Assembly (NCBI GenBank): GCA_903844815.1
Contig: CAIMVD010000309.1
Span: 2,504 to 66,503, forward strand
DNA from: an uncultured Bacteroidota bacterium
GTDB lineage: Bacteria; Bacteroidota; Bacteroidia; Bacteroidales; VadinHA17
Reading direction: 5' to 3'
Length of the DNA: 64,000 nt
In this document: one piece after another, positions 62,778-64,000 of the stretch
How the letters are laid out: every line of letters begins with the position of its first letter
Position numbering within the stretch: position 1 is the first letter of the stretch
Notes under the pieces: model-generated
The model's input: only the letters and a program-made list of their open reading frames with translations
Databases searched by the model: none
What the model was told of the DNA's origin: nothing
Program-made: the position numbers and the translations under genes

Positions 62778-62888
62778 AAGACAAGAGATGTCGACAATAA
62801 GTACAATAGCAGGATTGAGCGTTCAGAGGAAACAAATAAGCTTATCTTTGCGGATGTATTTAAGATTAACAGCTCGAAACAGGAGTAA
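62778..62888 (+). repeat. right direct repeat (attR-like): alternative 3' end of the 1460-aa gene
   Basis: 70 bp identical to 51334-51403, then a diverged copy reading KLIFADVFKINSSKQE* versus KLIYADVFKINSSEKK*. Confidence 0.93.
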
Positions 62889-63013
62889 TTTTTACTATAT
62901 TGAGGATATTATAGCGTTAACAGCAGGACTATTTACAATCCCGGTTACATTATCCAATTATTATATGCAATGTCTTCAAAATGAATATATAAACCAAAAT
63001 AAACAATAATAAA

Positions 63014-63616
63014 ATGGATATTCTTTACATAAATGGAGCATCAGAAGAAACAATCAGAGAATCTTTTGAATCAATTGCTTCGAATCTGATTTCAGGCACC
63101 AAACTGGTTATCAATGATTCCATGTTTTCTTTTATAGATATCGAATTCTATTACTCGACCCAACAGCATAAAGATGAATATGCAATTAGTATAGAACACC
63201 TCCGCCCAAAAGGTGAATTCGAAGTTCACAAATATGGTGTTGATATTTCCCTGGGAAACAGTGCTGATGAGAAAGGTGGAATACTTATCAGAGGATTATA
63301 CGACGAAGTTAAAAAGCAGGTAATTCCCAAGGCTCAGGTAGTCAGGATGATTTATAACCAATTCCATATTGGAGAGAACCATTTTGAACTCATTCAGGAA
63401 AAGACCCAATGGACTGAGATTTTCAAGTCGAAGAGGATGCATCTCGGCAAGGCAGAAGGTGAAAGCAAAGAAAGGTATGCTGATACTTTCTACAGATACC
63501 TTGCAAAAGATAAAGGAATTTTCAAAAGCTATCCTGATAAAGAATTAATCTTAAAAAATTCAAACCTGTCAGAAAAACAAATTGAAGAGCTTATTGGCTA
63601 TAAATTGCGAAAATGA
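63014..63616 (+). CDS. hypothetical protein, possibly divergent AAG/MPG-fold DNA glycosylase
   Basis: DIEFYY, HKYGVDISLG, GGILIRGL, KRMHL, FYRY fall in the order of MPG motifs ETEAY, YG..NV, VLIRAL, RIGI, WRF. Confidence 0.55.
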   Translation: MDILYINGASEETIRESFESIASNLISGTKLVINDSMFSFIDIEFYYSTQQHKDEYAISIEHLRPKGEFEVHKYGVDISLGNSADEKGGILIRGLYDEVKKQVIPKAQVVRMIYNQFHIGENHFELIQEKTQWTEIFKSKRMHLGKAEGESKERYADTFYRYLAKDKGIFKSYPDKELILKNSNLSEKQIEELIGYKLRK

Positions 63617-63760
63617 TCACTGATAAGGTGTAAATCCTCATTGAGAAGCATGATTCCGGCATTGATAAAGCGAATTCTTCAATTGAGAACCAGAATTCCA
63701 GTTTCCCTAATGTGAATTCTTCCTTTTACTTTGAACCTGGACTATCTGGATAATTCATTT

Positions 63761-63864
63761 TTAAACGCAGAGTCCGCAGAGCAAAGCAAAGTACGCAGAG
63801 TGTATTCTTTACAAGAGTTACTCAGTGCCCTCAGTTCCTGATCCTTTGCGAACTCTGCGTTTAA
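63761..63864. repeat. inverted-repeat element of CGCAGAG units
   Basis: ttaaacgcagagtccgcagag ... ctttgcgaactctgcgtttaa. Confidence 0.75.
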
Positions 63865-63964
63865 TGGATTTCATTCAGCAGAAATGACTCGACTTCATAC
63901 TCCTGACTTCCTACTCCCGACTTTATTCTTACCTTTGCCCTCAGAACTACATCAAAAATCCGAA

Positions 63965-64000
63965 ATGTACCTGAAGAAGCTTGGGCTGACGAATTTTAAG
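63965..64000 (+). CDS. recF: probable DNA replication/repair protein RecF, N-terminus only
   Basis: MYLKKLGLTNFK matches the RecF/SMC N-terminus; -7 box TACCTTTG at 63930-63937; ribH-TPR-recF synteny; only 12 codons visible. Confidence 0.65.
   Translation, partial: MYLKKLGLTNFK

Larger units (their letters stand above)
51404..62847. mobile_element. 11.4 kb type I R-M / defence island inserted in the 3' end of the 1460-aa gene; no integrase inside
   Basis: Flanked by 70-bp direct repeats 11,444 bp apart; cargo is hsdM/S/R, ORF6N, DUF3800 pair, HigBA. Confidence 0.75.

Noticed and set aside
62788-63009. 73-aa ORF (and similar 51161-51424)
   Set aside because: Alternative-frame reading of the duplicated 3' end of the 1460-aa gene.

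Overview
A 64 kb chromosomal window from a Bacteroidota (Bacteroidales-like) bacterium, judged from gene content and recurrent TAnnTTTG promoter boxes. Bases 1-40,400 are mostly core genes: CHAT protease/ECF sigma/peptidase-ABC exporter, DUF349-pyrG-yidC, lysC-lysA, two tRNA-Leu, a peptidoglycan-recycling cluster, trkH, carboxynorspermidine genes, mnmA, addA/addB-like genes, ribH and a TPR gene. About 40,400-63,900 is an accessory region between the TPR gene and the start of recF. It holds a HEPN-MNT toxin-antitoxin pair, two uncharacterised giant proteins (1623 aa with a twin-arginine signal; 1460 aa), and an 11.4 kb integrase-less type I R-M island bounded by a 70-bp perfect direct repeat of the 3' end of the second giant gene. 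Best leads: (i) a DUF3800 gene plus partner gene plus a convergent, promoter-driven structured small RNA inside the R-M locus; (ii) the giant two-protein module; (iii) a Lys-rich leader-peptide attenuator upstream of lysC-lysA; (iv) several REP-like palindromes embedded in frame in hsdM/hsdR. All family calls come from motif recognition by eye; no database search or folding program was run.
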